Shown here one piece after another: positions 17,513 through 26,320 of a stretch of DNA of 51,700 nucleotides. The translations under genes and the position numbers were made by a program. The notes under the pieces are model-generated. The model did not search any database. It was not told where the DNA came from and saw nothing but the letters and a program-made list of their open reading frames with translations. The DNA is from Verrucomicrobiota bacterium (lineage in GTDB: Bacteria > Verrucomicrobiota > Verrucomicrobiia > Verrucomicrobiales > Verrucomicrobiaceae). Where the stretch lies: contig JANOAR010000298.1 in NCBI GenBank assembly GCA_031411235.1, positions 1-51,700 of the forward strand, written 5' to 3'. Position 1 is the first letter of the stretch. Each line of letters opens with the position of its first letter.

Positions 17513-18733
17513 TTAGGACGAGGTGTCCTCGGGGGCGACGGGTGGGGCGCATTCGGCGGTGAAGCTGAATTTGCCATCGGGCTTGGGGGCACCAGCGGGG
17601 AAGTCCCAGAGGAGTCCGGCGAAGGCAGCGGCGGCTCCGAGGTCATCGCGAAGGCGATTGATGTACTGCTGGTTGGAGGCCTCGCCGCGCAGGCGGACGT
17701 AGCCGTTTTCGGTGAGTTCAAAGGATTCAATGCGCAGACCGTCGTCGGGCAAAAGGCTGGCGACTTGGTGGTAGAGTTCGTTGGCGGATTTGTCGCGATT
17801 GACGGCGGTGTCGAGGGCGAGGGATTTCGCCTGAGCGTCGCGGATGGTGTTCAATTCTGGTTCAAGGGCTTCGATGCGGGCGGATTCGGCGATGAGGCTG
17901 CGCTCGCGGCTCCAGAGTCTGCCAGCGAAGGTGCCGAGCATGACCATGATGACCAGCACGGCTCCTGCGGCGGCTAGGAAGAAGGTCTGGCGCTGCTTCT
18001 GCTCATAACGACGCTGGACGATGGGCGGCGGGACGAGTCTCCAGCCTTCATTGGGCAGCTTGGGTAGGGGCGAGGTCTCGGTGGAAACGGGCAGGTCGAT
18101 GGCGCGTGCGAAGTCGCCGAGGTCAGTCGCAGGGGCATTGGCTGGTGTTTGCACGACGACTTCGGTGGTCTCTGGCGCGATGCCTGCGAGGTCGAGGGCG
18201 GCGAGGATGCAACGCAACTCGGCGGCGGCGTCCTCGTCGGCATGACGAGCGGTGAGGGACTGGGCGTGGAGGGGCTGGCCATGCTCGTCGGGGATGGCGA
18301 CAGTGAGCAGCCCGCCCTCATTCCAGAGGCTGACTTCATGGTACTTGAGGGTGCGAAACGAGACGGATGGTGCGTAGCGAGCCTCCATGCCGTCGGCGAG
18401 TGTGGCGACGGGTAAAGCGCCGACTTGAGCAGTGACCCAGGAGCGCTGCTCGCGCAGGGCGGCGTCGCGCGTGTGGATGTCGAAGTCATCGCTGGTGAGG
18501 CTGGTGAGGCCGAGGCCTTCGAGTTCGAGTTGTGCGGCAGCCTCGCGCCTGAGGGGCTCCATGGCGGGGAAGCGCATGGGGATGGAAACGACGGAGCGCA
18601 TGGGCAGCGCGATCCAGTCGGGGGTTTTCGTTTTCCCTGGCTCCAGAGGTGCCGAGCCCTCTCTCCCGCCAGCACGCCACGACTCTTGGCCGTCGGCTCC
18701 AGGCAGGGTAAAGAACTCTTCGGTTGTTTTCAT
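17513..18733 (-). CDS. PilN-like fimbrial assembly membrane protein with an extended N-terminal cytoplasmic domain (possible degenerate PilM–PilN fusion)
   Basis: C-terminal half: TM (FFLAAAGAVLVIMVMLGTFAG), then a coiled-coil/periplasmic domain typical of PilN. The N-terminal ~270 aa has no clear actin-like ATPase motifs. Start at the ATG at 18733; the ORF track extends to 18898. Confidence 0.5.
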   Translation of the reverse strand: MKTTEEFFTLPGADGQESWRAGGREGSAPLEPGKTKTPDWIALPMRSVVSIPMRFPAMEPLRREAAAQLELEGLGLTSLTSDDFDIHTRDAALREQRSWVTAQVGALPVATLADGMEARYAPSVSFRTLKYHEVSLWNEGGLLTVAIPDEHGQPLHAQSLTARHADEDAAAELRCILAALDLAGIAPETTEVVVQTPANAPATDLGDFARAIDLPVSTETSPLPKLPNEGWRLVPPPIVQRRYEQKQRQTFFLAAAGAVLVIMVMLGTFAGRLWSRERSLIAESARIEALEPELNTIRDAQAKSLALDTAVNRDKSANELYHQVASLLPDDGLRIESFELTENGYVRLRGEASNQQYINRLRDDLGAAAAFAGLLWDFPAGAPKPDGKFSFTAECAPPVAPEDTSS

Positions 18734-19061
18734 ATAAAGTGCCAGGAGGCGAGGCGGGCTGCCGGAGAAAAAAATGACGTGTGGCGACTGTGGCCGGGCA
18801 TAAAAAAGAGCGGAGTCTATCTGAGCTACCGAGGAGCGCAAGATATGGCTGTGTGACAGTGGTGGCGGTGAGATGAGTTTAAGGTTCTTCGCCTGCATAA
18901 CGCCGCCAAACGGTGGTCTCCAAAGCCAGGATCAACTTTCTTTCAACGAAATTCACCCGACAAGCGTCTCTGTATCGCAACATCTGTAAGTGAGAGTCAA
19001 AAATGGTTTTTACTTTTGGTTGTGGTTGCCCGGCACAGAAAACGTCCATATTACCCTGAAC

Positions 19062-19643
19062 ATGGAACAGACCCTATCTCAAAAGCTCAAAGCCTCGCGT
19101 GAAGCACAAGGACTCACGCTTGCTGATGCTGCCCATGCCACGCGCATCCCGATGCCCAGGCTCCAGCAATTGGAGACGGCCAACTACGCTGCTTTTGGCA
19201 ACATGGCCTACGCTAGGTCTTTCATTCGCCTTTATAGCCGCTACCTCGGCGTCAATGCGGACTCGGTCATCAATGAATTGCCAGAGCCCATCCTGTGCGG
19301 CAGGGCCGATTACCGTTATCTCACAGAGACTTTTGGCCCCTGGATTCAGAGCGGTCAGGAGCGTCGCCCTGGGCCGATGCGGATGGTCAAAAAGAGCAAC
19401 TCGCGGGCTATCCCTGCACTGGTGATGTTTACACTGCTCAGCGTTGCGACGTTTTCGATCCTGAAGGCGGGACTGCTCTCAGCGCAGGCCAAGCCAGCCA
19501 TGGCAGAGTCCCAAACCGCGCCTGCTACCGTGCCATCCAAAGCACTGGAAACTGGCGTGCAGGTGACTCGGGCGACGATGGCGGGACAGTCCGCTGCGGT
19601 TCGAGTGACGATCTCTAAGGCGATCCCGGTGGAGGCGAATTAA
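19062..19643 (+). CDS. RodZ-like helix-turn-helix (XRE-type) membrane protein
   Basis: N-terminal HTH (LSQKLKASREAQGLTLADAAHATRIPMPRLQQLE), a TM helix (AIPALVMFTLLSVATFSIL) and an extracytoplasmic tail. Confidence 0.6.
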   Translation: MEQTLSQKLKASREAQGLTLADAAHATRIPMPRLQQLETANYAAFGNMAYARSFIRLYSRYLGVNADSVINELPEPILCGRADYRYLTETFGPWIQSGQERRPGPMRMVKKSNSRAIPALVMFTLLSVATFSILKAGLLSAQAKPAMAESQTAPATVPSKALETGVQVTRATMAGQSAAVRVTISKAIPVEAN

Positions 19644-19652
19644 GTGCGCACC

Positions 19653-19979
19653 ATGCCCAGCGCTTCGCCACCGACTTCCCGAGCTTGGATCGTGGTGAAT
19701 TGTGCTGTGGTTTTACTGCTCATCGGTGGTGGCGGTTATCTCATTGCGACCAACGAAGAGGCAGCGGAGGTCGCTGGCACGGCGTTTTGGGGTGGATTTA
19801 CCTTTTTCACAACGCCGTTCGTGCTGGAAACGACGGTTGCTATTCTCGCCATTTTAGCCGTGGGGATTATCAATCAACGCCGGCTCGAGCGCGAGGGCGA
19901 TGGCTGGGTTTATCTGCCCAAGCCCGAGGATAAATCCGAGGCTGCGAGCAAAGAAAAGCAAGATGCCTCGCTGCCATAA
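19653..19979 (+). CDS. Small hypothetical membrane protein (two predicted TM helices)
   Basis: ORF with hydrophobic segments WIVVNCAVVLLLIGGGGYLIA and TVAILAILAVGIINQ. Starts directly after the upstream gene. Confidence 0.4.
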   Translation: MPSASPPTSRAWIVVNCAVVLLLIGGGGYLIATNEEAAEVAGTAFWGGFTFFTTPFVLETTVAILAILAVGIINQRRLEREGDGWVYLPKPEDKSEAASKEKQDASLP

Positions 19980-19999
19980 CAGGCGCTGAGACAGAGAGC

Positions 20000-22093
20000 T
20001 TAAGCGGCTTGTCTGACGAGGTTTTGCAGCAGGAGCATGCTGGTTTCTATGGTCTGGGAGGCGGCGGTATCGGCGGCTTGAGCCATGCTGGAAGTGGTGA
20101 CGCCGTGCAGCACTTCGCGCAATTCTGTGGCGCTGGCGTAGCGATGGTCGCGCTCGGGTTCCATAGTTTTGATGATGATATGGTCGAAGCGAGGATCGAC
20201 GCCGACGAGTTCACTGGGCAGGCGGAAGCGCCCGCGCGGTATTTGCCCGGTGAGCATTTGGTAAAGCATGACGCCGAGCGAGTAGAGGTCGGCGCGGTGA
20301 TCGACAGCGACGCCTTGGATGTAGCGTTCCGGGGCGACGAAGTCGTGGGTGCCTAGGGCGATGCTGCCTGTGGTGATAGCGGTGAGGCTGTCGTCGGTGA
20401 CTTTGGCGAGGCCGAAGTCGGCGACTTTGACGCTGCCGTCGGCGGCAACAATGACGTTGGCGGGTTTGATGTCGCGATGCAGTACGCCGCGTGCGTGGGC
20501 GTAGGTGAGTGCCTCGCAGACGCGCATGGCGATGGCGACGGCGTGCTGGGGGTGCAGCTTGCCATCGCGTTGCATGAGCTTGGCGACGTCGGTGCCGTCC
20601 ACGTATTCCATGGCGAAGTACAACATGCCGCTGGCGGTCTGGCCAAAGTCATGCACGGCAACGATGGAGGAGTGGTTGAGCTTGGCCATGACGATGGCTT
20701 CAGCGCGGAAGCGTTCGACGAAGTTGACGAGGCCATACTCGGCAAGGCTGCTGGGTAGGACTTTGATGGCGACGGTGCGGTTGAGCGAGCGTTGGGTGGC
20801 CTTGTAAACGGCTCCCATACCGCCTTGGCCGAGTAGGCCGGTGAGTTGGTAGCTGGGCAGGTCGAGCTGCAATTGCTCCAAAGTGGGCGCGGTGGGGCAA
20901 GGTTGCGCCGTAGGCTTGAGCGCGGCAGCGAGTTCGTTGGCCGCTTTTTGTGTCCAGCCTGAGATGCTGTCTCGGGCGATGTGGGCGGCGGTTTGTATCG
21001 TTTCGGGACGCAGGGTGGTGGTGACGGGTGTGGAGGGGAGGATGCGATGGGAGAGGGTGCTCGGCGTTTCGGGAGGGAGGAGACGCCAGACAGGTTGTTT
21101 GCCGATGCCGCGCAGGTCGAGTCTGCCGCAGTCTTCGCAGTCATAGACATTGCGGATGAGGGCACGGGTGGTGCCGCAGAGAAGGATGTCGCCGGGCTGG
21201 GCGAGGCGTTCGAGACGACTGGCGTGGTTGACGGTGTCGCCCCAGACGTCGTAGATGAAGCGATGGTGGCCGATGACGCCGGCGATGACGGCACCGCTGG
21301 CAATGCCCGTGCGCAGCACCCAGGGATGAAGGCGATGCTCATTGAGCCGAGCGAGGCGTTTGTTAATGGAGAGGGCACAGGCCACGAGGGCCTGGGCGAA
21401 GTCGGGGCGCGAGTGGGGCAGGCCGGAGGCAACGAGGTAGGCGTCGCCGATGCTCTTTACCTTCTCGACACCGTGGGCTTTGATTTCCTCGTCGAAGAGG
21501 GCAAAGAGGGCGCTCAACTGCTCGATCATGACGCGCGGCTCGGTCTCATGGCACCAGGTGGTGAAGCCCACGATGTCCATGAAGAGGATGCTGGCTTCGG
21601 GGAGGTAGTCGGCAATGGAATGCTCGCCTGACTTGAGCCGATGGGCGATTTGCGGCGGGAGGATGTTGGTGAGGAGGTCGTCGGCTCGGCTCATTTGGTC
21701 GCGCAGTCGGCCATCATAGCTGAGGACGCGCTCGCCTGCGCGGAGGCGGCTGAGGAGTTCGCCCTCGTGGACGGGCTTGGAGAGGAAGTCGTCGGCTCCG
21801 CTTCTCATGCCTTTGATGAGGTCGTCCTTGCCACTCTTGGCGGTGATCATGATGGCATAGACATAGCGATCCGTGATCTCGGCTTTGATGCGGGAGCAGA
21901 GGGTGAGGCCGTCCATGCCGGGGAGCTGCCAGTCGATGAAGGTGAAGCTGACGCTGGGGTCGTTACTGAGGATGTCCCAACCCTCCTCGCCTGTGTCGGC
22001 GAGGATGACTTCATAGCCGCTGAGGCCGACGAGGTCGCTGAGGATGCTCTGGCTGACGGGGTCGTCTTCGACTATCAATATCTTGGGCTTCAT
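20000..22093 (-). CDS. Response-regulator receiver – class III adenylate/guanylate cyclase – Ser/Thr protein kinase fusion protein
   Basis: REC domain (MKPKILIVEDDPVSQ...IDWQLPGMDG). Cyclase CHD motifs (LFMDIVGFTTWCHE, IGDAYLVASGLP). Kinase motifs (LGQGGMGAVYKA, VAIKVL, HRDIKPANVIV, DFGLAK, APE). The ATG at 22093 is preferred; an upstream GTG at 22192 is possible. Confidence 0.85.
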   Translation of the reverse strand: MKPKILIVEDDPVSQSILSDLVGLSGYEVILADTGEEGWDILSNDPSVSFTFIDWQLPGMDGLTLCSRIKAEITDRYVYAIMITAKSGKDDLIKGMRSGADDFLSKPVHEGELLSRLRAGERVLSYDGRLRDQMSRADDLLTNILPPQIAHRLKSGEHSIADYLPEASILFMDIVGFTTWCHETEPRVMIEQLSALFALFDEEIKAHGVEKVKSIGDAYLVASGLPHSRPDFAQALVACALSINKRLARLNEHRLHPWVLRTGIASGAVIAGVIGHHRFIYDVWGDTVNHASRLERLAQPGDILLCGTTRALIRNVYDCEDCGRLDLRGIGKQPVWRLLPPETPSTLSHRILPSTPVTTTLRPETIQTAAHIARDSISGWTQKAANELAAALKPTAQPCPTAPTLEQLQLDLPSYQLTGLLGQGGMGAVYKATQRSLNRTVAIKVLPSSLAEYGLVNFVERFRAEAIVMAKLNHSSIVAVHDFGQTASGMLYFAMEYVDGTDVAKLMQRDGKLHPQHAVAIAMRVCEALTYAHARGVLHRDIKPANVIVAADGSVKVADFGLAKVTDDSLTAITTGSIALGTHDFVAPERYIQGVAVDHRADLYSLGVMLYQMLTGQIPRGRFRLPSELVGVDPRFDHIIIKTMEPERDHRYASATELREVLHGVTTSSMAQAADTAASQTIETSMLLLQNLVRQAA

Positions 22094-22179
22094 GGCGGGA
22101 GGAGAGTGTGGCGGAGGGAAAAGGGACAATGGGGAGGGACATCGAACCTTGAATGATAGTGGGGCGTTGTGTGCGGAAG

Positions 22180-25100
22180 TCACTCCGCCCACTCAACGAC
22201 ATTGAGAGCTTGCTGAAGGCGGTCGATTTCCATGATGAGCGTGTCGTGCAGGCTGGCGACGGCGGCGATGTCTTCGCTTTGGTTTTCCATTCGAGCGGCC
22301 AGTTTAGCGACGCCTAGGGCTCCGATGTTGCCTGCGGCACCACGGATGCTGTGGGCGATGCGTTTGGCCTGGGCATGGTCGTTGGCTTGGATGGCTGCCT
22401 TTAATTCACCGAGCCAGGTGGGCACTTTTTTCCACCAGATGCCGATGGCTTTGCGCAGGATGGTGCTCTTCCCACCGGTGACGGCTAGGCCAGCGTCGAG
22501 GTCGAAGATGGGGCCAGTGGCCAGGGTGGTGGTGGTGGTGGCGGGCGTGGGTTTGATGGGCTGGCTGCTGCTACTGGCTCGCTGCTCGTGGATGACGCTG
22601 GCATATTTTTTCACGATGCGGGTGAGCAGGGCAAAGGTGACGGGCTTGGCGAGGTAGTCGTCCATGCCGGAGGCGAGGCATTTTTCGCGGTCGCCCTCCA
22701 TGGCGAAGGCGGTCATGGCGATGATGGTGGGACGCGGGCTGGGATTGATCTGGCGAATTTTCCGTGTCGCGGTGAAGCCGTCCATCTCGGGCATTTGGCA
22801 GTCCATGAAGATGATCTCGTAGGCGTTAGCGGTGGCCTTTTCGACGGCTTCGATGCCGTTGCAGGCGACTTCGACGAGGCAGTCCAGCGTGGCGAGCATG
22901 GAGGTGGCGATCTCGGCGTTGACTTCGTTATCCTCGGCGAGCAGTACGCGCAGAGCGTTGGCGCTGGGCTCGCTGATCATAGAGTCCAAGGAAGCCAGCG
23001 CCGTCTCGACGGCGGAGGTAGCGGCAGCACCTGAGCTGTCTGCGGCGGCGGCCGCAGGGGTACCCGTGGCTGTGCTAGCAGCGCGGGGTTGCCCTTCGAT
23101 GGCGGAAGCGATGGCCTGCTGCATTTCAAACTGACGCATGGGTTTTAATAAATGAGCAACCATGCCTGCTTCGCTAAGGATGCGGCGCTGGTCGTCGGTA
23201 AAGGTGCTGGAACTGAGCATGATGATCGCGATGTCGTCGATCTCGGGCTCAGCACGGATCGCGTTGGCGAGCATGACGCCGTCCATGCCGGGCATGTGGA
23301 AGTCGAGCACGGCGACTTGGTAGGATTCGCCTTTGCGGGTGGCATCGCGAAGGACTCGGAGAGCATCCTCGCCGGACTCGCAGACGGTGTGCTGCTTGAT
23401 GTGCCAGGTGTTGAAGACCTCGGTGAGCATCTCGCGATTCACGGGGTGATCATCCACGCCGATGATGCGGATGTCGCTGAAATCTGGCGTGACGTCCGAA
23501 GCGCTGACGGCTTCGCTGATGGGCAGGGTGACCTGGACTTTGAAGGTGGAACCGACGCCGAGGGTGCTATCGACGGTGATAGTCCCGCCCATTATTTCGA
23601 CAAGCTGCTTACTGATGGCGAGGCCGAGGCCAGTGCCGCCGAATTTGCGCGAAGTACTGCTCTCGGCCTGCTCGAAGTTTTGGAACAAACGCTTCATGGC
23701 TTCGGAGCTGATGCCGATGCCCGTATCGTGAATGCTGAAGAGGAGAGTGACTTCGCCGTCTTGGCGGGATAGCGGTTCAACAGTGACGAGGACGTGGCCT
23801 TCGGCAGTGAATTTGATCGAGTTGCCGATGAGGTTAGTGAGGATCTGGCGGATGCGCACCGCATCGCCGTGAACCATGCTGGGGGCGTTGGCATCGTAGC
23901 GGACGATGAACTCCAGGCCTTTACCAAAGGCGCTGGGGGCGAGTAGCATGGCGACATCATCCAGAGTGCGGCGCAGGTCGAAGCTCGCGGGGTGGAGGGA
24001 GAGCTTGCCAGCCTCCATTTTGGAGATGTCGAGGATGTCGTTTAAAATCGCGAGCAGCACTTCGGCAGAGCTGCGGATGGTCTCGACGTAGTGCTTGGGG
24101 CGGGGCGGCAGGTCGATGTTCATGAGCAGCTCGGCCATGCCGATGACGCCGTTCATGGGGGTGCGGATTTCATGGCTCATGTTGGCCAGGAAGTCGGCCT
24201 TGGAGCGGGCGGCGGATTCGGCTTTGAGCTTGGCGACCTTGAGTTCATCCTCGATGACTTTTTGGTGCGAGATGTCCATCAACAAACCTTGCCAGACGAT
24301 GTCGCCATTCTCGGCTAGCTCGGGGCGCGAGGCGGCATGGAACCACTTCAATTTGCCCGAGGGGGTGATGATGCGGCCCTCGAACTCCCAGCGGGAGAGC
24401 GACATGGCGCTGTCCATCACGCTCTGCTGGAAAGGGCCGATGTCGTCGGGATGAATGAGTCGGACGATGGGGGCGGCGTCGTACTGAACCTCGGCGGGAT
24501 CGATTTCCCAAATATCTCGCGCACCAGGGCTAGCATAGGGGAAGGAGGCCTTGCCATCGGGCGAGAGGGTGAACTTATAAATCATCCCTGGGGCGTTGGC
24601 CGCCATCGTTTCAAAGCTGTGCTCGTGCTGTTCGAGCATCCGCTTGAGTTGGATGTGCTCGCTGTTGTCTTCGACGATGATGATGTGGCGCTGGCCATCC
24701 GCCGTCTGATCCGTGCGGGAGGAAATCGCGAGCTGCAGGGTTCGCCCACCAGCGCTGTGGTAGGCCATGCCCCAGTCATGCAGGCCACTGCTGGTGAGCT
24801 GTGGCCAACGCGATACTTTGCCCTCAGTGGGCGGCAGTACCTCAGCAATGCTGCGCCCAAGGAGGCTGCCAGCGTCGAGCCCTACGATGGCCGAGAAGGC
24901 GGGGTTCACACGTTGCACGGCGAGGGCACCATCGACGATGGCAACACCCGTGCTCAGGGCATCCATGAAGTCGGGAGTGGAGTTTGTGCTGGGCGTTGCG
25001 CTGCTAGTGCCAGTGCTCAGGGGATGAAGGTAAATGATAGCGACCTCCTGCCCGGCGACTTGCACACGCGTGACGCTGGCGCTCAGGGCGGTGGCTGGCC

Positions 25101-25428
25101 CAGCTTTGTTATGCCATTTGCCTTCGATGTTGAGCAGTGGGCCGCTAGCAGCTCTGACCCAGACGTTGTCTTTCCAGTCGCTGGTGCTCCAGAAGCTGGC
25201 GAGCATCGAGATGGGCTTGCCCAGCACGTCCTGCCCGGCGTGGCCTAGGGCGAGTTCGAGAAGCTTATTGATGTAGGCGATGAGGCCATCGTCATCGACC
25301 CAGAGCACGCCGAAGGGGGCATTATCCAGAGCTGCGGACGCCGCAACGGCGCGCGGGATGCGTTTCCAAGCAGGAGTAGTGGGCGATGACATAGAAGTAC
25401 GAGCGTGGCTACTACCATAAAAAAGCAA
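22180..25428 (-). CDS. Hybrid sensor histidine kinase: PAS sensor domains, HisKA/HATPase_c core, two receiver domains and a C-terminal Hpt domain
   Basis: H-box MSHEIRTPMNGVIGMAELL; G-box GGTGLGLAISKQLVEIMGG; two REC domains (VLDFHMPGMDG and IFMDCQMPEMDG); Hpt motif HSIRGAAGNIGA. The 3' end overlaps the downstream REC–cyclase–kinase gene by a few nt. An alternative start ATG is at 25392. Confidence 0.9.
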   Translation of the reverse strand: MLFYGSSHARTSMSSPTTPAWKRIPRAVAASAALDNAPFGVLWVDDDGLIAYINKLLELALGHAGQDVLGKPISMLASFWSTSDWKDNVWVRAASGPLLNIEGKWHNKAGPATALSASVTRVQVAGQEVAIIYLHPLSTGTSSATPSTNSTPDFMDALSTGVAIVDGALAVQRVNPAFSAIVGLDAGSLLGRSIAEVLPPTEGKVSRWPQLTSSGLHDWGMAYHSAGGRTLQLAISSRTDQTADGQRHIIIVEDNSEHIQLKRMLEQHEHSFETMAANAPGMIYKFTLSPDGKASFPYASPGARDIWEIDPAEVQYDAAPIVRLIHPDDIGPFQQSVMDSAMSLSRWEFEGRIITPSGKLKWFHAASRPELAENGDIVWQGLLMDISHQKVIEDELKVAKLKAESAARSKADFLANMSHEIRTPMNGVIGMAELLMNIDLPPRPKHYVETIRSSAEVLLAILNDILDISKMEAGKLSLHPASFDLRRTLDDVAMLLAPSAFGKGLEFIVRYDANAPSMVHGDAVRIRQILTNLIGNSIKFTAEGHVLVTVEPLSRQDGEVTLLFSIHDTGIGISSEAMKRLFQNFEQAESSTSRKFGGTGLGLAISKQLVEIMGGTITVDSTLGVGSTFKVQVTLPISEAVSASDVTPDFSDIRIIGVDDHPVNREMLTEVFNTWHIKQHTVCESGEDALRVLRDATRKGESYQVAVLDFHMPGMDGVMLANAIRAEPEIDDIAIIMLSSSTFTDDQRRILSEAGMVAHLLKPMRQFEMQQAIASAIEGQPRAASTATGTPAAAAADSSGAAATSAVETALASLDSMISEPSANALRVLLAEDNEVNAEIATSMLATLDCLVEVACNGIEAVEKATANAYEIIFMDCQMPEMDGFTATRKIRQINPSPRPTIIAMTAFAMEGDREKCLASGMDDYLAKPVTFALLTRIVKKYASVIHEQRASSSSQPIKPTPATTTTTLATGPIFDLDAGLAVTGGKSTILRKAIGIWWKKVPTWLGELKAAIQANDHAQAKRIAHSIRGAAGNIGALGVAKLAARMENQSEDIAAVASLHDTLIMEIDRLQQALNVVEWAE

Positions 25429-25574
25429 TCAGGCACAACGCGGTTTTTCGATAGTCGCGGAACCTACCTCCACCCCCTGAGGGTCAGCTTATGTCCACTT
25501 TCACCCGGTATGTTGAAACAACATCCGCAGCGACACACCCTTGCCTTGAGCGACATCGAGTGGCGGAAATAGCC

Positions 25575-26141
25575 TCACACATCCACAAGTTCGCCGCGCT
25601 TAAACAGCGACGCCACCGAGTAGCCCTTGCTCTCGATGTTCGCCTTGCCGCCTTCATCGCGATCCACCAGCACGACGACGAAGGCGACCTTGCCACCTTC
25701 TTCTTCAATCGCAGCGATGGCCTTCAAAGTAGAGTCACCCGTGGTGATCACATCATCCACCACGACCACGGAATCCCCCGCAATGAAGTTGCCCTCGATG
25801 CGCTTGCCACGCCCGTGGCTCTTCGCTTCCTTGCGCACGACGAAGCAGCGAATCGGCTCCGCATCGCCCGCCATGCTGGAGGTCATCGCCGTGCTCAGCG
25901 AGATAGGATCGGCCCCCAGCGTGAGCCCGCCAATGGCCTGCGCCTTCACCTCCAGCCGAGCCTCTTCATGGCGCACCAGCGCGTGCATCAGCTTGCCCAC
26001 CAGGACTGCCCCGCGCGAGTCAAAGGTCGTCACCCGGCAGTCCACATAGAGGCTGCTCTTCGCGCCCGAGGCGAGGGTGAAGTCGCCCGTCTTCACGGAC
26101 TTGGAGAGAAGGATGGCACGGAGTTCGTCGCGGTCAGTCAT
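25575..26141 (-). CDS. pyrE: Orotate phosphoribosyltransferase
   Basis: PRTase motifs (GDFTLASGAKSSLYVDCR, VVVDDVITTGDST). About 188 aa from the ATG at 26141. Confidence 0.9.
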   Translation of the reverse strand: MTDRDELRAILLSKSVKTGDFTLASGAKSSLYVDCRVTTFDSRGAVLVGKLMHALVRHEEARLEVKAQAIGGLTLGADPISLSTAMTSSMAGDAEPIRCFVVRKEAKSHGRGKRIEGNFIAGDSVVVVDDVITTGDSTLKAIAAIEEEGGKVAFVVVLVDRDEGGKANIESKGYSVASLFKRGELVDV

Positions 26142-26320
26142 GGTGGTGTGAGTCGGTCTTAGGTTTGGAGAGTGGAGCCTGTGCGCCAAGGTAACGCACG
26201 GATCAACTGCCGATGCGCGTCATCAATTAGGTGTCCCGTAACAGGGGACAGAGGCCTTGCAGGCATGGCTGCGAATTGGAATTGCCTAACCTCCTTTCTC
26301 CCACCTACGTCTGCGACCTT

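Noticed and set aside
16946-17977. 343-aa plus-strand ORF across the pilO-like and pilN-like genes
   Set aside because: Spans two well-formed minus-strand genes. Composition is Gly/Asp/Ala-rich with no motifs.
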